Source: an uncultured Planctomycetaceae bacterium (GTDB lineage: Bacteria > Planctomycetota > Planctomycetia > Pirellulales > PALSA-1355). From it: a stretch of DNA of 64,000 nt. Shown piece after piece: positions 59,873 to 64,000 of this stretch; the stretch's first letter is position 1; each line of letters begins with the position of its first letter. Below the pieces are notes generated by a model that was not told the origin of the DNA, ran no database searches, and saw nothing but the letters and a program-made list of their open reading frames with translations. The DNA lies in assembly GCA_963785305.1 (NCBI GenBank), contig CAWAUV010000009.1:384001-448000 (forward strand), in the 5' to 3' direction. The position numbers and the translations under genes are program-made.

Positions 59873-60841
59873 TCACAACTCTTGCTCCCTCCAATCCGGC
59901 AACCCTTCTCGCATCATCTGGGTGGCTTCGGCCGGATCGAACGCCTCGGGATCGAACGGGCCTCGCCACTCCAGGTACGACTCATGTTCCTCGTGCTTGG
60001 GGTTCGAGATCGCATCGAGGTAATTGTAGTAGCCTCCCATGCCGCCAACGTCCTCGGGCGGACAGGCCAACGATCCTTCGACGCACAACGGGTACTTCTG
60101 GCCCTTCTCCGTTTTGGGGCAGCCCTCGAACAAGATTTCATGCAGCCAACCGTCGCCGAAATCGTACTCGTACTGAAACCGAAATCTTTTCCCATCGGTC
60201 GGAAGGATTTGACTGAGGATCGTCCTGGTCGAATCCTCGAAGTCGTTCATTTCGTCGAAGGTATCGTCCTCCAAGAGATCGGGATCGCCAAATCGTTCAC
60301 CCTTGATGTCGAACTGGTGCAGGTGCGAGTTCGTCCAACCCATCGCTGTCTGGATATGCTCGTGCAGTTTGTCGAGCGTGCAGTCCATGACCTGGATTCT
60401 TCGCCAGATCGGCGGCTTCGAGTCCATCAGCGTGATCTTGAACTGGTAGAGGGTCTTGGTTGGTCGGCGTTTTCTGGGCCGAGCCTTCTTGGTCGGTTCC
60501 GACTTGGCAACGATTTCAGCTTGTACTGAATCGACGACTGATTTGCAAAGCCACAGCAGAGCCGTTCTCCGTCCTGGGTCTGAATTGGGAACGGCACGGG
60601 CGATTGCGTGGCCGAGGGCGAGGGCTTCGGCAATCGTCATGGTCGCATTGGGGTTAGCAAGCAACTTCTTCAGCCCCCTGGGAACGCCATCCAGCATTGC
60701 CAGTAGCTCTCGCCCTGCTGGTGAAAGAACCAAGGTTTCGAGCGGCTTGGAACTGATTCGCAATTCGGTCGCTGCAATGGCGGCTGCATCGAGCCATTCC
60801 ACAAGACTCTCAACGCCGGTTGGTTTCAATTTCTTCTTCAT
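59873..60841 (-). CDS. Plasmid pRiA4b ORF-3 (MM3350-like) family protein
   Basis: [48 protein letters not shown]. Confidence 0.9.
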   Translation of the reverse strand: MKKKLKPTGVESLVEWLDAAAIAATELRISSKPLETLVLSPAGRELLAMLDGVPRGLKKLLANPNATMTIAEALALGHAIARAVPNSDPGRRTALLWLCKSVVDSVQAEIVAKSEPTKKARPRKRRPTKTLYQFKITLMDSKPPIWRRIQVMDCTLDKLHEHIQTAMGWTNSHLHQFDIKGERFGDPDLLEDDTFDEMNDFEDSTRTILSQILPTDGKRFRFQYEYDFGDGWLHEILFEGCPKTEKGQKYPLCVEGSLACPPEDVGGMGGYYNYLDAISNPKHEEHESYLEWRGPFDPEAFDPAEATQMMREGLPDWREQEL

Positions 60842-62127
60842 CGTGGCACCCGCTTACCGAGACAGCACTTCTTGTACTTCTTGCCAGAGCCGCACGGGCA
60901 AGAGTCGTTTCTTCCGACCTTGGGCTCGAATCGGACGAACGTATCCTCTGGCACGTCATCGAACTCCTCGTCGAGTCCGTCGCCATCAATATCCTCATCT
61001 CGCTCGGCAAAGGTTTCGGCGAGACGTACAAGCGGACTGTCCTTATACCATTCCCGGCGAAATTCAGCGTCGGTCTTGGAGTCTTCCGCCCAAGCATCGA
61101 ACTCGGCGAACGAAACGCCGAGCATTTTGCTTGCAACCAGCAGGTCGTGGCGGACTTCCAGCAATTCAGGAGTCTTCGGTTGGGTCAAAACATACTGCCG
61201 GGCTGGCTCGATGCCTTCGGTGGAGAAGCTCATCAGCAAGGACTGAATCAAATGCCCTCGCAGATCAGCGTCTTGCTCTATTCCAAGCAATTCCACGCAA
61301 GTCTGAACGCTCAAATCCGAATGAATGTCTTCCAACAAGTCCGCCAAGGTCATTCGCTGTCCATGACTTGCTGTCGGATAACGGGCGGCGATCGGTTGGA
61401 CCACCGCATCCGTGCCGATCCGGGTGAGGGCATGAAGGGCTTCCCCAAAAACCCATGTCTCGCAATCGCTCGTTAGATCGAGCAAGTCAGGGATAGCATC
61501 TTCCAGCCGAAGCCGACCAACCATTCGCACGGCCAGAATTTCTTGCCAGTCTTCTCCCTTCCGCCGCACGATCTCCAATACCTGCTCAGCACACGCCTCT
61601 GGGTAACGGGCCAGGAAATCTGCGAGGGCAAAGCCGAATTGCACGTCGTCTTTCTCGGCTTCGTCTTCCTTGTCTTGAGCTTCGCAAAAGCTGTTCAATT
61701 CCTTCCACAGTTCATCGGGAGTGAAAGAGCTTACGGCAAGGCGATGAACGATGACTTCCTTGGATTCGTCGTCCACATTCTTCAGTTCGGCAATCGTCGC
61801 CTCGTGAGGCTTCAGTGCTGCTGGATCGGCATGTCGCAATCCGGCGATGAAGGAGGCGAGAAAAAACTCGCCACGGTCGTCGTCGGCCCTTGCTGACTCG
61901 ATCTGCTGGATGATCCACCCCACTGAGCTTTCGGTTTGCACGAGATCGCTGAGGAAAGAGAACATCTCGAAAGCATCCGAGCCGTATCGCTCGCACGCTT
62001 CGATGACCAGCGGCATGAGCGTGGGATCGTCGGAGTGCGACCGGGAGAAATAAAAGACGGCGGCGTCTCGCAAAACCCTGTCCGGGCTGAGAATTGCTTC
62101 CCTGACTTTCTCGGCTGGCAGTCGCAT
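60838..62127 (-). CDS. HEAT-like helical protein with C-terminal SEC-C zinc motif
   Basis: [20 protein letters not shown]; its stop overlaps the next start. Confidence 0.85.
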   Translation of the reverse strand: MRLPAEKVREAILSPDRVLRDAAVFYFSRSHSDDPTLMPLVIEACERYGSDAFEMFSFLSDLVQTESSVGWIIQQIESARADDDRGEFFLASFIAGLRHADPAALKPHEATIAELKNVDDESKEVIVHRLAVSSFTPDELWKELNSFCEAQDKEDEAEKDDVQFGFALADFLARYPEACAEQVLEIVRRKGEDWQEILAVRMVGRLRLEDAIPDLLDLTSDCETWVFGEALHALTRIGTDAVVQPIAARYPTASHGQRMTLADLLEDIHSDLSVQTCVELLGIEQDADLRGHLIQSLLMSFSTEGIEPARQYVLTQPKTPELLEVRHDLLVASKMLGVSFAEFDAWAEDSKTDAEFRREWYKDSPLVRLAETFAERDEDIDGDGLDEEFDDVPEDTFVRFEPKVGRNDSCPCGSGKKYKKCCLGKRVPR

Positions 62128-62385
62128 CGCCTCCCTCCGTGGCTAAACTCGTGATCGTCGCAAACCGTCGCCATTTTAGGCGATTTCCTGTCCCTTTTGC
62201 AGCGTGGATGGGGACACCCTAAAATCGTCAATCTGGTCGAGATTTACACGGGCGACTTGGGCATTTGGAGCGACTGCGAACCTCGTCCGCCCCGCACTTG
62301 TCACTTCAACGGAAAAATCCGTCGAGTCCAGTCGGTCTGGTTGAGGTTCGGACACTGGAATCGGGCGGCTATTACGGGTGCTTTC

Positions 62386-62660
62386 ATGGGTGCTTCACAT
62401 GATGAGTTCGTCAAATACCCGAGGACTCCGCATCTTTTTGGGTCGAAGGGAACGCCGGATGACAAGCACCTTAGCGAGGCGGAATCGACTCGATTCATCG
62501 CTGATGAGTCGCTGATCGTAGAGGAGAAAATCGACGGCACCAACGTCGGTATTCACTTTACGACGGATGGTCAGATGGTCCTTCAGTGCCGGGGGCACGT
62601 CATCACCGAGGGGATGCACCCGCAATATGACTTGTTCAAACAGTGGGCCTCTGTGAAACG
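62386..62660 (+). pseudogene. RNA ligase family (Rnl2-like) protein, truncated by IS66 copy 2
   Basis: KYPRTPHL and nucleotidyltransferase motif I EEKIDGTN; cut at the IR at 62661. Confidence 0.85.
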
Positions 62661-63768
62661 GTAACTGTTAAGCCGTGGCGCGGCCTGGCGCGGGGGGGCG
62701 GTGGCGATATTGGCGGGGATCGCGGGCGAGGGGTTTCCGGGGATGGGTCGCGTGGCGGATGGTTTAACTGCTATTGGTGATCGGCAGCGGCAGGGTCTTG
62801 CCTTGCAATTTAGCGCGCACGACTTCGATTCCATACCTTGCGAAGCTCAAACCGTTTTTCGCGCCGGTCGCGATCACGCTCTTGATTCGGGCGAACGCCG
62901 CCGCGCTCCATTCGGTCCGATGCGTGCCGCCATCATTCCTCGCCGCCGCCAGGCTTCGGATGTCGCGTTCGGTTCCGTTGTTGTCGGCCGGAACATTCGC
63001 ATCGTCGAGGAAGGTGAACAATTCGTCCGAGTGCTTGAACAGCCGCCGCCAGATTCGCAAACATTCGCGATGCCGCACGCGCGTCTCGAGCATCAACGTG
63101 TCGAAACGGTTTTGAATCTCGTGTCGGGCCGCGTTGAAAGCTTTTTTGCCGAGCGACTTGCGCTCGTGGCCCAACCGGATCGCGTCTTGAAACAGCGTGA
63201 TCAACGGCTGGATGAAGGCCCGCACGCTCGCCGCCGGCAACGTCTCGCGCAGCTTGTGCAACTCGCGAAGCAAATGGACCAAGCAGCGCTGTTTGCGGCA
63301 GTCGAGCCCGTTGTAGACCGCATAAAAATCGCTGACCAGCGTGCCCGCGAACGATGTGCCCAACGCTCGCTCGAGCACGGCCCGATTGCGATGACGATCG
63401 ATCAGGAACAATGCCAAGCGCGTGTCTCGAAAACACCAGGCCCACGCGGGCAGTCCGTCGATTCGCCAACCGGTCTCATCGCCTTGCACGACCGGCGAAT
63501 TGCGCAAGAGTTCCCAGAGTTTGTCGACCACCGGCTCGAACAAAGCGCCGCCCCAACGCAAATGGCCGAGCAGTTTTCTTGCGCCGCTGCAAAAACTTTT
63601 GGACTTGCTGTTCGAGTTGCTCGACGCGCTTGCGCAGCGTGATATTCTCCGCCAGCAACCGGGCGATTTCCGCTTCCAACTCGGCGATCCGTCGATCTCG
63701 ATCATCCATGATCCAATCAATGTGACCGAAAACCCAATTTCGGGAAAGAGGAAATGCTTAACAGTTAC
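62661..63768 (-). mobile_element. Internally deleted IS66-family element, copy 2 (inverted relative to copy 1)
   Basis: Same IR, same internal junction, a handful of substitutions versus 48997-50103. Confidence 0.9.
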
Positions 63769-64000
63769 AGTCATGATGCCACGGCCCCAAAACGGCTTCC
63801 CCAGCCAATAACCCATTTCGACTCGGTGGGGATGGTCGCCTCGGAATCCCTCAAGTCCAATCCCGCCGATCAGCTTCTCGGACTCGTCCCTGATGACCCA
63901 TTGGACGTTTTCGCCGGTCAGCTTGGCAGCTTCCTCAACGATCTCGAACCAATGCTCGGCATCAGCGGCCGTGTAGGGATGCGGAATCCTGAGCGTGTTA
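63769..64000 (-). pseudogene. RimJ/RimL-type GNAT acetyltransferase, 3'-truncated by IS66 (starts outside window)
   Basis: IPHPYTAADAEHW...LIGGIGL...EMGYWLGKPFWGRGIMT followed directly by the IR. Confidence 0.85.

Noticed and set aside
48997..63768. Composite transposon bounded by the two IS66 copies
   Set aside because: The outer flanks (TTCGCGAG vs AGTCATGA) are not a direct repeat, so there is no evidence the unit moved as one.

Overview
This GC-rich window looks like Planctomycetota (LExLExRxLM export motif, PEP-CTERM protein, PVC-type CxxCH protein). Single-base frameshifts occur even in essential genes such as proS, which suggests uncorrected long-read errors, so split ORFs are merged below. 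1.4-23.1 kb is the main find, a candidate polymorphic toxin system. A giant (~3,960 aa when rejoined) acidic Ig/cadherin-repeat surface protein ends in an alpha/beta-hydrolase domain. Downstream are four membrane-anchored or lipoprotein LRR genes interleaved with orphan cassettes that repeat parts of the giant gene and carry alternative hydrolase tips. The LRR types track the hydrolase types, as cognate immunity genes would. An IS3 element ends the array and truncates a cytosine methyltransferase. 25.5-48.8 kb is mostly core genome (rpmG, fdxA, rnr, yhaM, proS, ECF sigma factor) plus a candidate structured ncRNA upstream of the ferredoxin gene. 48.8-64 kb is an IS-rich island with two inverted, identically deleted IS66-type elements, an ISKra4/ISLre2-like element, an IS3, a fused methyltransferase-BsuBI/PstI endonuclease and several truncated genes. 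All family assignments come from motif recognition; no searches were run.
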